Assembly: GCA_035439485.1 (NCBI GenBank)
Contig: DAORKI010000001.1
Coordinates: 1,287-65,286, forward strand
Direction: 5' to 3'
DNA from: Bacteroidia bacterium
GTDB taxonomy: Bacteria; Bacteroidota; Bacteroidia; UBA4408
Length of the DNA: 64,000 bases
Positions within the stretch are counted from its first letter, which is position 1; the number at the start of each line of letters is the position of its first letter. The position numbers were made by a program, and so were the translations under genes. Below are positions 1 to 10,508 of this stretch, in pieces. The notes below the pieces were generated by a model, which was given only the letters and a program-made list of their open reading frames with translations, did no database searches and was not told the DNA's origin.

Positions 1-1
1 A

Positions 2-2743
2 TCGTCTATTTGTGTTAACTCGAGTCCAATCTTATTAAATTCAGCCACACCTGTAGGAGGAATATATACTGGTGTAGGAGTAGCTTCTAATATTTTTGAT
101 CCTCAAACTGCTGGTGTTGGAGTGCACACCATTACTTATGAAGTTATTGATGCCAATGCATGTTTGTCTTCAAGTAATCAAACAATTATTGTAAATGCAT
201 TACCAGTTATAAGCACAGTTTCTGTATCGCCTTTGTGCAGTAACAGTGATGTTGTACCTTTAACCTTTGCTCAGCCTGTTGGAGGTATTTACAGTGGTGT
301 TGGGGTAGTTAATAACATATTCGATCCATTGATTTCTGGAAATGGTAGTTTTAATATACAGTATGTTTATACTGATAATAATGCATGTTCTGATACTGTT
401 TATGAAAACGTTATAGTAAATGCAGCCCCAACAGTAACACACACAAATTATTCTTCTGTATGTGAAAATTCAGGAATCATTACACTCAATAATGGATTGC
501 CAACTGGCGGTATTTATTCAGGAAACTTTGTAAATGCTAATTCATTTAATAGTAATTTAAGTGGACCGGGTACATTTACCATTACATACACTTACATTGA
601 TGCCAATGGTTGTGCGGCTTCGGCTGATGCCAATATTGTTGTAAATTCCAACCCAATAGCAAGTTTAAGTCCACTAGGCAACATTTGCAATGGTGCTGGA
701 CCTATAAATTTATCAAATGGATTACCTGTTGGTGGAACATACTACGGTTTAGGCGTTACAGGTGGAATTTTAGACCCATCAATTTTACCAAATGGAACCC
801 AAACTTTGGGTTATACGTTTACGAACGCTGATGGTTGTGTAGATTCAACTAGTTTAACTTACAACACCTACACCTTACAAGCAAATGCAGGAAGTGATCA
901 AAGTATAACTTGTACCAACTCAGCACTTTTACAAGGTCAAAGTAATTATTCAGGTGTGGGAGTACTTTCATATACTTGGAGTCCAGCACTTGGATTAAGC
1001 AGCACAAATACACAAAATACAATTGCAAATCCAGCATCAACAACAAATTATATTTTAACAGTGAGTGATGGTTTATGCAGTTCTGACGATACAGTATTGG
1101 TGGTGGTTGCTCAGCCAAATTTTAATTTATCGGTTACACCAAGTGCTCAAATATTAAATGCAGCGCCATTTATAGTTTTCTTTACTAATAATACTCCTAA
1201 CCCTACAAATTATTCATTTACTTGGGATTTTGGTGATGGAACAAGCTATAATGGTTTTCAACCAATTTATCATAATTACACAAGCAATGGTAGTTTTACA
1301 GTGACTTTAATTGCTACTGCATTAGGAAGTGGTTGTACAGATACTTTGACAATGTCAAATTTAATTACATGTAATAACGGAGTATTCTGTAATGACAGTG
1401 CCAATATATTTGTTGGAGGAGTGTTGATTCCAAATAACAGTAATTATAGCACTACAATTTGTGCAAGTCAAAACTTTGTTTTAGGTTCTAACACAGGAGC
1501 AAATTATACGCATCAATGGTACTTTAATGGTCTTCCATTGCAGGGAGCGACTGGTGTAACATATGCTCCAACGGTTTCGGGGTACTATGCAGTAGCTGTT
1601 GAGGACAGCAGTTGTATAAACTTATCAAGTCCGGCCTATATTATTGTATTACCAACACCAAATGTTCCATTTATTACTAGCAGTGGTTCAAATAATTTTT
1701 GTGGTGGCGGTACAATGATTTTAACGGCTAACACAGGCTATAGCTCTTATTTATGGTCAACAGGTTCAACCCAAAGCAGTATTACTATAAGTTCATCTGG
1801 GAATTATTGGGTACAAGGCTATGATGCCAACGGTTGCTATGCTCAATCGCTTGATTTCGCTGTAAATGGAAGTAATATGTTACCACAATATATATGTGTA
1901 GCCACAGTTGATACCAATTTAAATGAAAATAGAATTATTTGGGAAAAACCAATTACAACATCTATCGACTCATTTGTAGTTTATAGAGAGTCAAACTTAG
2001 CTGGCGTTTACAATGAAATAGGACGCGTTGATTACAATTCAAATAGTGAGTTTGTTGACACTGCCTCTAACCCAAGTGTTAACAACAACCGTTATCGATT
2101 AGCAATTTTGGATAGCTGTGGAAATTTAACAACACAAGGAGATATACATGCAACTATTAAAACTTGGATTACACAATTAGGTAATGGCGATAGTCTAGAA
2201 ATTTTCTTTACCAAATATGTGGGTATAGACTCCTTGAGTTATACATTGTACAGAGGTCCTTCGGCAACAAATTTGAGCCCTGTTGGTAATGCTTATACAT
2301 TTAATGGCAATGCGAATTACTATTCAATCAAAGATTTGTCGCCACCTGCATTTTCATCAGGTTATGTTTATTATCAAATTAGAGCTAATATAATTGATAT
2401 TTGCAGTAGTGATAGCAGTACTTACCAGCATTCTATTTCAAATACGATTAGTTATGGAAATGCATTAAGCATTGAAAATATGAATCAAGTATTTTCTGTT
2501 AATGCCTTTCCTAATCCCAACAATGGAACATTTAATATAAGTATTGAGTCAGGATCAACTGAAGATATTAATTTAATAATTTATAATCAAATTGGAGAAG
2601 TAGTGTGGACAAAATATTTAGATAAATTAAACGGGAAAACAACCTTAAGTGTCTCCATGGAACAAGCAGCACAAGGGGTTTATCAATTACAAGTGATGAG
2701 TAGTAAACAAATAATCAATAAAAAATTAATTATAAATAAGTAA
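2..2743 (+). CDS. Giant T9SS-sorted cell-surface repeat protein (adhesin-like), 5' end outside window
   Basis: Frame 2 is open from nt 2. Residues upstream of the listed Met at 122 continue the same repeat (..PVGGIYTGVGV..FDP..GVG.HTITY). There are four ~75-aa modules with the motif C..(L)..G.P.GG.YSG.GV...F.P...G.G...I.Y.Y.D.NGC, then a PKD-like FTWDFGDG segment. The C-terminal ~80 aa fit the T9SS type-A sorting domain pattern (FPNPNNG...GVYQLQV). Confidence 0.85.
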   Translation, partial: SSICVNSSPILLNSATPVGGIYTGVGVASNIFDPQTAGVGVHTITYEVIDANACLSSSNQTIIVNALPVISTVSVSPLCSNSDVVPLTFAQPVGGIYSGVGVVNNIFDPLISGNGSFNIQYVYTDNNACSDTVYENVIVNAAPTVTHTNYSSVCENSGIITLNNGLPTGGIYSGNFVNANSFNSNLSGPGTFTITYTYIDANGCAASADANIVVNSNPIASLSPLGNICNGAGPINLSNGLPVGGTYYGLGVTGGILDPSILPNGTQTLGYTFTNADGCVDSTSLTYNTYTLQANAGSDQSITCTNSALLQGQSNYSGVGVLSYTWSPALGLSSTNTQNTIANPASTTNYILTVSDGLCSSDDTVLVVVAQPNFNLSVTPSAQILNAAPFIVFFTNNTPNPTNYSFTWDFGDGTSYNGFQPIYHNYTSNGSFTVTLIATALGSGCTDTLTMSNLITCNNGVFCNDSANIFVGGVLIPNNSNYSTTICASQNFVLGSNTGANYTHQWYFNGLPLQGATGVTYAPTVSGYYAVAVEDSSCINLSSPAYIIVLPTPNVPFITSSGSNNFCGGGTMILTANTGYSSYLWSTGSTQSSITISSSGNYWVQGYDANGCYAQSLDFAVNGSNMLPQYICVATVDTNLNENRIIWEKPITTSIDSFVVYRESNLAGVYNEIGRVDYNSNSEFVDTASNPSVNNNRYRLAILDSCGNLTTQGDIHATIKTWITQLGNGDSLEIFFTKYVGIDSLSYTLYRGPSATNLSPVGNAYTFNGNANYYSIKDLSPPAFSSGYVYYQIRANIIDICSSDSSTYQHSISNTISYGNALSIENMNQVFSVNAFPNPNNGTFNISIESGSTEDINLIIYNQIGEVVWTKYLDKLNGKTTLSVSMEQAAQGVYQLQVMSSKQIINKKLIINK

Positions 2744-2785
2744 TTAGAGCAATTTAAAGAAATTTTGAACTTTAGAATCAATATC

Positions 2786-5700
2786 ATGAAGAAATTAGTT
2801 GTAGTAGGTTTAACATTAATAAATTTTGTTGTTGCAAAATCACAAGCGCAAAGCATTAGCACCTTGCCTTTAACCAACACCTCAATTTGTGAAGGGGATA
2901 ATATAAATATCTCCTTTTCAGTGAATGGTATCTTCAACCCGGGGAATACCTTTGTTGCCGAATTGAGTGACAATATTGGTGGATTTGGCTCACCAACAAA
3001 CATAGGATCAATTCTTGGCACTGGGTCAGGAAATATTTCAGCTACCATTCCATTGGGAACACTTCAAGGGAGTGCATACAGAATAAGGGTAAAAGGAACT
3101 AACCCAGCTGTTATTGGTAGTAATAATGGGAGTGATATAACCATAAATTCACTTCCTATAGTTAGTTTTGCTGCTCCAAGTGATGCTTGTATTAACTCTT
3201 CAGCCATTGTTTTAAATGGTGGTAGTGGTTTACCTGTTGGAGGCAACGGCACGTATAGTGGGCAAGGAGTTTTTGGTGGAAGTTTTTTTCCAAATTTGGC
3301 TGGTGCTGGCTCGTTTGCTATTAATTTTACTTATATAGGTTTAAATGGTTGTGTAGCAAGTGCAAGCGATAATATTACTGTCAATAATTTGCCAGTTGTA
3401 ACTTTAAATCCATTTGCATCTGTTTGCCTGAATGATCCTTTATTTAATTTAAGCGGAGGTTTGCCAATTGGAGGCACTTATACAATTGATGGAAATGTCA
3501 GTTCACAGTTTGATCCAGCTATTATAGGGCCTGGGAATCATCAAATTACATATTCTTATACCGATGCAAACGGTTGCTCAGCAAGCGCAAGTCAATTTAT
3601 TTTTGTAAATCAACCTCCAATAATTTCATATAATATTCCAACTTCGGTTTGCGTTGGCTCAACTACTAATTTATTGTTTTCACCATCAGGAGGAATATTG
3701 CTAATTGATGGAACTCCAAGTACTGGCGTTTTTAATGCAAGTACTGCTGGCAATGTTAACATCAGTTATTCATATACAGATGCTAATACGGGATGTACCA
3801 CAGTTAGTTCATTTGTAATCACAGTAAACCCACTTCCTAGTGTTACATTGCCTCCAACTGCAACCTATTGTAATAGTGTAGGGAATATAATTTTAACAGG
3901 GGGGACACCAAATGGAGGTTATTACAGTGGAGTAGGAGTTTTAAATGATTCTATTTTTTACCCATCATTAATTGGAGGTAACAACACTTCAATACAATAC
4001 AATTATACCGATGGAAATGGATGTACGGGAAGTGCAACTCAAAGTATTACATTAAGTCCTGCGCCTATAGTTTCTATGATTATACCAGGAATTGTTTGTT
4101 TAGATGGCGGTATTGTGAGTTTAATTGGCACTCCTTTAGGTGGAACATTCAGTGGAATAGGGGTTGTTGGAAACACATTCAACCCATCTGTTTCAGGATT
4201 GGGAACCTTTAATATTAGTTATAGTTTTACCGATGGAAATGGCTGTACTGCTGCTATAAATCAAAATATCACTGTAACCACTGGATCAGCTCCTGTATTA
4301 CAGGCTATATCACCACTTTGTGTAAATAGTAATCCTGTCACCTTCACATATTCTCCTATTGGAGGAACATTTACTGGCAACGGAGTTATTGGAAATTCAT
4401 TTGACCCTAGCATAGCAGGAGTAGGAACGCATGAAATAATTTACTCCGTAACTTTTGCAAATGGTTGTATTGGATATGACACTATAAATATTATTGTCAA
4501 TGACTTGCCACAAATAATTTTTACAATGCCTAGCCAAACTTGTATTAATGGCTCAAATATTACTCTAAATACAGGATTGCCAGTGGGGGGAACCTATAGC
4601 GGAAATGGTGTAACTGGAAATATTTTTTCACCAACGCTAGCTGGTGTTGGCACTTCTGTAATCACCTATACTTATACTGATGTTAATTCTTGTACCAACT
4701 TTGATACTTCATCAATTGTTGTGAACGCACTCCCAACAGTAAGTTTAGATACATTTGACATATTATGTAATGGGTTAACGCCTATTAATTTAGTTGGAGG
4801 AAGTCCTGTTGGAGGAACCTATGCTGGAAGCGGTGTAGTTGGTGGTACCCAATTTGACCCAACCTTAAATGGTGCTGGTAATTTTCAAATTACCTACATT
4901 TATACAGATTTAAATGGTTGTACAAATACGGCAAGCCAAAATTTATCAGTTGTTAATTTATCGGTTAATGCTGGTGTTGATCAAACCATCACATGTGGAA
5001 ATATTGCTCAATTAATTGCATCAGTTAATTACTCAGGAACAGGCAACATAACATACAATTGGACACCTGCTCAAGGCTTAAGTAATACGAATATTGCTAA
5101 CCCAACCGCGTCCCCTGGGGTAAATACTACCTATGTAGTTAATGTAAGTGATGGTGTATGTGCTAACTCAGATACAGTGAATGTAAATTACAATCCAGTT
5201 TCATTTGGTATAAGCTTCACAGCCAGCCCAATTTCATTTAATCAAAACCCACCATATGTAGTTAATTTTACAAATCCTTATGCTTCATTAGGTACGTATA
5301 ATTTTACTTGGATTTTTGGAGATGGATTTACACAATTTAATAACGCTCAAAATTTTTCATATACTTATTACAATAATGGAGTATATACTGTAACATTAAT
5401 TGCTCAGGATATTTTAACAGGTTGTATTGATACTATTCCAGCAAGTTTTTCAATTAATATTTCAGGAAACAATTGCACAACACAAGCTACAATTAATGAA
5501 GTAGGTCCAATAATTGGTTGTAGTGGTTCACCAGTATTATTAACAACAAATCAAATAGCGGGAGCTAGCTATCAGTGGTACTTCAATGGAACTGTAATTG
5601 GAGGAGCAAATAACTCAAGCTACAATTGCTTTTACAATGGCACTCAATTAAGTTATTCAGGCTTTTACAGTGTTTTGGTAACCGATCCCACAAATAATTG

Positions 5701-6883
5701 TGTTAGCATGTCAAATGTGGTTCAAGTTATATTTAACCAGCCTCCAGTAGCTCCAATAATTACTATTATTGACCCATTTGATCCATGTACTCCAAATAAT
5801 ACAGCAACGCTACAAGCAAATTCGGGCTATGCAAGTTATGAATGGTATAAGTTGATAAGTCCAAATCTTATTGGCAGTCAACAAACCATTACCATTACAC
5901 AAACTGGAGTTTATGAAGTAATAGTTACCGATAATAACGGGTGTACCAATTCTTCTTTTTTACCAATAGCTAATTTTGGACCAGATCCTAGTGCTATTTG
6001 TTTTGTAACCGTTGATAAGCCTTCGCAACATAATTATGTTTTTTGGACCAATCCAGTTACCACTGTTCAATTAGACAGTTTTTTATTGTTAAGAAAATCA
6101 GATATTCAATTTGGATTTGACACTATTGCAACATTTGCCTATGATGCTACAGCAACATACTATTCTTACGAAGATTTAGATACCATTAGTTTACCAACTT
6201 ATGGATTAACAAACGACCCAGTTAATCCAGCTGCTCACTACTACACTTATGGATTGGCCTTGAAAGATGTTTGTGGTGGAACAAGTATCCCAACTTTGTT
6301 TCATACTACGATTAATTTACTAGTTACAACAATTGACAATGGCGCTTCCTATAACCTAAGTTGGAATGCTTATGGAGGATTACCATTTGGTATTTTTGAA
6401 TTGCATAAAGAAACTTCAACGAATCCTGATTTGATATTTGATAACGTTTCAAGTAATATATTTAATTACACTGATAATAATACAAGCCCCGATTCGGTTA
6501 TTGCCTATTGGATTACAGTTCCTTTGAGTGATATTTGCGACACCTCTAGAGCTGTGAATGGAAACTCTACATCAAACATTGTTAGAAGAGATGTTTTTGG
6601 AGGAATAGATGGCTTAAATAAAAACTCAGAAGGGCTCAGTAAATTTGAAATTATTCCTAATCCAAACAATGGAAATTTTGTATTAACATTTAAAAATGAC
6701 TTTAAAAACAAAGTTGAAATTGACATTATATCAGCAATGGGCACAACGGTTTGGAGTAACAAAATATTGAGCACTAAAGATAACTTAAAGGTAGATTTGC
6801 CTGAACTATCGCAAGGTGTTTACCTTATTCAAGTGAAAGAAAATAACAGGAAACATTATAAGAAGATGATAGTTAACAAATAA
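2786..6883 (+). CDS. Giant T9SS-sorted cell-surface repeat protein, tandem paralogue of the upstream gene
   Basis: The ORF track starts at a TTG at 2765. ATG 2786 gives a clean signal peptide (MKKLVVVGLTLINFVVAKSQA/Q). It has eight ~75-aa modules of the same motif as the upstream gene and the same downstream order: NAG.DQ.ITC block, PKD-like FTWIFGDG, Ig-like Y.W..NG blocks, then a T9SS CTD (IIPNPNNGNF...GVYLIQV). Confidence 0.85.
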   Translation: MKKLVVVGLTLINFVVAKSQAQSISTLPLTNTSICEGDNINISFSVNGIFNPGNTFVAELSDNIGGFGSPTNIGSILGTGSGNISATIPLGTLQGSAYRIRVKGTNPAVIGSNNGSDITINSLPIVSFAAPSDACINSSAIVLNGGSGLPVGGNGTYSGQGVFGGSFFPNLAGAGSFAINFTYIGLNGCVASASDNITVNNLPVVTLNPFASVCLNDPLFNLSGGLPIGGTYTIDGNVSSQFDPAIIGPGNHQITYSYTDANGCSASASQFIFVNQPPIISYNIPTSVCVGSTTNLLFSPSGGILLIDGTPSTGVFNASTAGNVNISYSYTDANTGCTTVSSFVITVNPLPSVTLPPTATYCNSVGNIILTGGTPNGGYYSGVGVLNDSIFYPSLIGGNNTSIQYNYTDGNGCTGSATQSITLSPAPIVSMIIPGIVCLDGGIVSLIGTPLGGTFSGIGVVGNTFNPSVSGLGTFNISYSFTDGNGCTAAINQNITVTTGSAPVLQAISPLCVNSNPVTFTYSPIGGTFTGNGVIGNSFDPSIAGVGTHEIIYSVTFANGCIGYDTINIIVNDLPQIIFTMPSQTCINGSNITLNTGLPVGGTYSGNGVTGNIFSPTLAGVGTSVITYTYTDVNSCTNFDTSSIVVNALPTVSLDTFDILCNGLTPINLVGGSPVGGTYAGSGVVGGTQFDPTLNGAGNFQITYIYTDLNGCTNTASQNLSVVNLSVNAGVDQTITCGNIAQLIASVNYSGTGNITYNWTPAQGLSNTNIANPTASPGVNTTYVVNVSDGVCANSDTVNVNYNPVSFGISFTASPISFNQNPPYVVNFTNPYASLGTYNFTWIFGDGFTQFNNAQNFSYTYYNNGVYTVTLIAQDILTGCIDTIPASFSINISGNNCTTQATINEVGPIIGCSGSPVLLTTNQIAGASYQWYFNGTVIGGANNSSYNCFYNGTQLSYSGFYSVLVTDPTNNCVSMSNVVQVIFNQPPVAPIITIIDPFDPCTPNNTATLQANSGYASYEWYKLISPNLIGSQQTITITQTGVYEVIVTDNNGCTNSSFLPIANFGPDPSAICFVTVDKPSQHNYVFWTNPVTTVQLDSFLLLRKSDIQFGFDTIATFAYDATATYYSYEDLDTISLPTYGLTNDPVNPAAHYYTYGLALKDVCGGTSIPTLFHTTINLLVTTIDNGASYNLSWNAYGGLPFGIFELHKETSTNPDLIFDNVSSNIFNYTDNNTSPDSVIAYWITVPLSDICDTSRAVNGNSTSNIVRRDVFGGIDGLNKNSEGLSKFEIIPNPNNGNFVLTFKNDFKNKVEIDIISAMGTTVWSNKILSTKDNLKVDLPELSQGVYLIQVKENNRKHYKKMIVNK

Positions 6884-6905
6884 GCAAATATTATAATTAT
6901 GTGAA

Positions 6906-6936
6906 GCCACAGTTAGTATATTAACTGTGGCTTTTT
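6906..6936 (+). terminator. Rho-independent terminator after the adhesin gene
   Basis: GCCACAGTTA (6906-6915), 6-nt loop, TAACTGTGGC (6922-6931), then TTTTT. Confidence 0.6.
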
Positions 6937-6943
6937 ACTTTTG
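6936..6943 (+). promoter_or_regulatory. Candidate Bacteroidota -7 promoter box (TAnnTTTG) for ribD
   Basis: TACTTTTG at 6936-6943, only 4 nt before the ribD ATG (6948). Confidence 0.3.
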
Positions 6944-6947
6944 CAGC

Positions 6948-7985
6948 ATGTTTAATCATGATTTATACATGCAACGTTGTTTGCATTTAGCTGTTTTAGG
7001 GCAACCATGGGTGGCTCCAAACCCAATGGTAGGTGCAATTATTGTGTATAATGACAAAATAATTGGAGAAGGATTTCATCAAAAGTTTGGTGGAGCACAT
7101 GCTGAAGTAAATGCTATAAATAGTGTTTCTGATAAAAGCTTACTTAAAAAGTCTACCATTTATGTAAGTTTAGAACCATGTACTCATTACGGGAAGACCC
7201 CTCCTTGCACTAATTTAATTATTGAAAATAAAATTCCAAGAGTGGTTGTAGCTTGTTTAGATCCCAATCCCCTAGTTGCAGGTAAAGGTATTAATTTGCT
7301 TAAAAATGCTGGTATTGAGGTAGAAGTTGGCGTTTTAGAGCATGAAGCTAAATATTTAAATAAACGATTTAATTGCTATTTTGAAAAGAAAAGGCCCTTC
7401 ATAACATTAAAATGGGCCGCATCTTCAGATAATTTTTGCGGTATAATTAACACTTCAAAAAAAATTACAAATTGGTTTTCGGATGTTAAGGTACATCAAT
7501 TAAGAAGTACAGAACAAGCCATTCTCATTGGTTTTAACACGGCAAAAATTGATAATCCAAAATTAAATACAAGAAATTGGTTTGGAAAAAACCCCATAAA
7601 AATAGTAATAGACTTACAAGGTGAACTCTCATCAGAATTACATATTTTCAATGGTGGCAGTCAAACGCTGGTATTTTCGGAAACCCCAAATAATAATAGT
7701 GAATTTATTAATTATATCCTTATTGATAAACATAATGAATTGCTGCATCAAATAATGTCAAATTTGTATGAAAGAAATATTCAATCTGTATTAATTGAAG
7801 GAGGACCAAAGACACAACAACTTTTTATTGATAGCAATTTATGGGACGAGGCGCATATATTCACATCTTCGGACAAACTTGGTGAAGGTATTATAGCACC
7901 CATTATTAGTAATTATGATGAATTTTTCAATCAAAAGTTATTGAACGACAGTTATAGTATTTTTACACCTAAAAATCAGATATGA
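6948..7985 (+). CDS. ribD: Bifunctional riboflavin biosynthesis protein RibD (pyrimidine deaminase / uracil reductase)
   Basis: The N-terminus HDLYMQRCLHLA..G...VAPNPMVGAIIV, HAEVNA and EPC..YGKTPPC form a CMP/dCMP-type deaminase zinc motif. The C-terminal half is reductase-like. I chose the start at 6948 because the 6927 GTG lies inside the upstream terminator hairpin. Confidence 0.9.
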   Translation: MFNHDLYMQRCLHLAVLGQPWVAPNPMVGAIIVYNDKIIGEGFHQKFGGAHAEVNAINSVSDKSLLKKSTIYVSLEPCTHYGKTPPCTNLIIENKIPRVVVACLDPNPLVAGKGINLLKNAGIEVEVGVLEHEAKYLNKRFNCYFEKKRPFITLKWAASSDNFCGIINTSKKITNWFSDVKVHQLRSTEQAILIGFNTAKIDNPKLNTRNWFGKNPIKIVIDLQGELSSELHIFNGGSQTLVFSETPNNNSEFINYILIDKHNELLHQIMSNLYERNIQSVLIEGGPKTQQLFIDSNLWDEAHIFTSSDKLGEGIIAPIISNYDEFFNQKLLNDSYSIFTPKNQI

Positions 7986-8857
7986 TATATATAATTCTAT
8001 GCATATTAATCAATACAGGATTAATATTAATTTTTAGATTATTTCCCAGATTTGGAATTGACAGTTTTCAAGCCATAGTTGCAAATTACTTTATTGCAGC
8101 TTTTTTAGGTTATCAAATAGCTTTAGAATCATTCAATATAATTTATATAATGAATCAAGATTGGTTGATTTATGCAAGTATTTTAGGTTTACTTTTTGTC
8201 AGTTTATTTTACTTGATATCAGTTACAACAGTAGTTTTTGGCGTATCAGTAGCTTCTGTGGCTAATAAAATGTCAATAGTAATTCCTGTTACACTAGCCG
8301 TTTTTTTGTATAAGGACGCTTTAAGTTTGATTCAGATTGTAGGTATTATAATTGCCATGGGAGCTGTTGTTTTGGTGAGTTATAAGAATTCCGAGCAAAC
8401 GATTAAAATTACTCAAAAATGGCATTTCTTACTACCACTAATATTATTTGTTGGATGCGGAAGTATTGATGCACTTATTAACTTTCTTCAAAAAAAATTC
8501 ACAGGTCCTAATGCAAGTAATGAATTCATTTTATCAACAGCCTTTTTAATTGCAGCAATAGGAGGTTCACTCGCTTTTTTATTCATGATTATATTAAAAA
8601 AAATTAAATGGCACACCAAGAGTATTATAACAGGTTTATTTCTTGGAATACCTAATTTTTTTTCAATGTATTTAGTTATGAAATCATTAGAAAGTAATGT
8701 GATGAAAGCTTCTGTTTTTTTTCCTGTAAACAATATGTCAATTGTTGTTTTAGGTACACTTGTAAGCGTTCTTGCATTTAAAGAAAAATTAAGCAAATTT
8801 AATGTAATTGGTATTTTTCTGAGTGTGCTTGCTATTGTTTTAATTGCATTATTGTAA
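7982..8857 (+). CDS. Polytopic membrane protein, DMT/EamA-like transporter
   Basis: About 10 hydrophobic helices with a two-halves arrangement. Its start overlaps the ribD stop by 4 nt (ATGA). Confidence 0.55.
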   Translation: MIYIILCILINTGLILIFRLFPRFGIDSFQAIVANYFIAAFLGYQIALESFNIIYIMNQDWLIYASILGLLFVSLFYLISVTTVVFGVSVASVANKMSIVIPVTLAVFLYKDALSLIQIVGIIIAMGAVVLVSYKNSEQTIKITQKWHFLLPLILFVGCGSIDALINFLQKKFTGPNASNEFILSTAFLIAAIGGSLAFLFMIILKKIKWHTKSIITGLFLGIPNFFSMYLVMKSLESNVMKASVFFPVNNMSIVVLGTLVSVLAFKEKLSKFNVIGIFLSVLAIVLIALL

Positions 8858-8860
8858 ACA

Positions 8861-9475
8861 TTGAAGGATACATATTACACTATAAATGATGTTTATGAAG
8901 CCACTTTCAAAGATAAAGGAAGTAAATTCATTGCTATTGCACATCCAATAAAAAGTGTTGAACAAGCTAAACTCCTTGTGGAACAATTTCGGAAAGATGC
9001 TCAATATAGAGGAGCTTGTCATTTTTGTTTTGCTTACAAATTAGGGATAGACAATATTATTTATAGAAGTAGTGATGATGGCGAACCTTCTGGTACTGCA
9101 GGAAAACCTATTTTAAATCAAATTGAATCATTCAAACTGAGCGATATTATAGTTGTTGTAATTCGTTTTTTTGGTGGTACTTTACTAGGTACATCGGGTT
9201 TAATAAATGCATATAAACAAGCCACAATAGACTGTTTAACACAAGTTAAAATTGTAGAAGTAATTGTTAGAAGCAATATTAGTATTACCTTTAGCTACCA
9301 AATTCAGTCTGAAATAGAACGTATGCTCAAAAACTATAATATTGAATATGAGGAGAAAAATTTTGATATTCAAATAAACTATAGAATAAAAATCAAATCA
9401 AGTGAATTAAATTCACTTATCGAAACTATAAATAATTCGGTCATTCTTAATCAAATAAAAATCTATGAGTATTAG
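8861..9475 (+). CDS. YigZ / IMPACT-family protein
   Basis: The N-terminal domain has KGSKFIA...H.....A..........HFCFAY and SSDDGEPSGTAGKPIL motifs typical of UPF0029/IMPACT. TTG start. Confidence 0.7.
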   Translation: MKDTYYTINDVYEATFKDKGSKFIAIAHPIKSVEQAKLLVEQFRKDAQYRGACHFCFAYKLGIDNIIYRSSDDGEPSGTAGKPILNQIESFKLSDIIVVVIRFFGGTLLGTSGLINAYKQATIDCLTQVKIVEVIVRSNISITFSYQIQSEIERMLKNYNIEYEEKNFDIQINYRIKIKSSELNSLIETINNSVILNQIKIYEY

Positions 9476-10508
9476 TGAAGAATCAGATTACGAAGAACAA
9501 GATTTGTATGAGCATCATAGATTGGTGATGAGTAAAGGGCAGCAGTTGTTAAGAATCGACAAATTTTTAATGACACGCATTGAAAATGCCACTAGAACAA
9601 AAATACAACAAGCCGCAGAAGCAGGTAATATTTTAGTAAATGATAAACCTGTAAAATCAAATTATAAAGTTAAGCCATTTGATATTATTAGTATTGTAAT
9701 GACCCATCCGCCAAGGGTTACAGAGATACAGCCTGAAAATATTCCCTTAGAAGTGGTTTACGAAGATGATCAGCTTATTGTTATTAATAAACAGGCTGGT
9801 TTAGTGGTACATCCTGGTTTTGGGAATTATTCTGGAACATTGGTTAATGCACTCATGTTTCACTTTCAAGATTTACCATTGTTTAATGAGAACAGCCCAA
9901 GACCGGGATTGGTGCACCGTTTGGACAAAGACACTACTGGAATAATGGTAGTGGCAAAAAATGAGACTGCACTTGCTAAGTTAGCGAAGCAGTTTTTTGA
10001 CCGGACTACGAAAAGAAGTTATATTGCTTTAGTTTGGGGAGATTTTGCAGAAGATGTTGGGCGAATTGAAGGTTACATTGGAAGAAACATTCGCGATAGA
10101 AAACAAATGGATGTTTTTGATAATGAAGAAATGGGAAAATACGCAGTAACACATTACAAAGTAATAGAAAGATTTGGCTACGTAACTCTTGTTGAATGTA
10201 AACTAGAAACAGGTCGTACACACCAAATTAGAGTACATTTTAAGCACATTGGTCATCCTTTGTTTTGCGATGAATTATACGGTGGAAAAAGAATTTTAAA
10301 GGGCACTACCTTTAGCAAATACAAGCAATTTATAGAAAATAATTTTGAAGTGCTGAATAGACAGGCTTTGCATGCCAAATCACTGGGCTTTGTACATCCA
10401 GTTACTGGCCAAGAGCATTTTTTTGATTCAGAAATTGCCTCAGACATGCAAAAAGTAATTGAAAAGTGGCGAGTATATTGCAATTCAAAAGATTTATTTA
10501 AAGATTAA
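9465..10508 (+). CDS. rluD: RluA-family 23S rRNA pseudouridine synthase (RluD-like) with N-terminal S4 domain
   Basis: S4-like RIDKFL...TRTKIQ....G.ILVNDK and the catalytic HRLDKDTTG motif, followed by GRTHQIRVH. Overlaps the upstream gene by 11 nt. Confidence 0.9.
   Translation: MSISEESDYEEQDLYEHHRLVMSKGQQLLRIDKFLMTRIENATRTKIQQAAEAGNILVNDKPVKSNYKVKPFDIISIVMTHPPRVTEIQPENIPLEVVYEDDQLIVINKQAGLVVHPGFGNYSGTLVNALMFHFQDLPLFNENSPRPGLVHRLDKDTTGIMVVAKNETALAKLAKQFFDRTTKRSYIALVWGDFAEDVGRIEGYIGRNIRDRKQMDVFDNEEMGKYAVTHYKVIERFGYVTLVECKLETGRTHQIRVHFKHIGHPLFCDELYGGKRILKGTTFSKYKQFIENNFEVLNRQALHAKSLGFVHPVTGQEHFFDSEIASDMQKVIEKWRVYCNSKDLFKD

Noticed and set aside
2683-3048. 121-aa minus-strand ORF spanning the junction of the two adhesin genes. 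Similar antisense ORFs include 260-442, 849-1118, 3064-3252, 6505-6774, 18148-18501, 60814-61107 and 63433-63756.
   Set aside because: They lie entirely within, or across, strongly supported plus-strand genes. Their composition is low-complexity, shadow-frame-like, and they have no recognisable motifs. They are typical antisense artefacts of AT-rich repeat genes.
6884-6947. Looked for an FMN riboswitch upstream of ribD, and for a purine riboswitch upstream of purL (49516-49726).
   Set aside because: The ribD upstream space is 64 nt and is occupied by a terminator hairpin. The purL leader shows none of the conserved riboswitch core sequences or GC-rich helices by eye.
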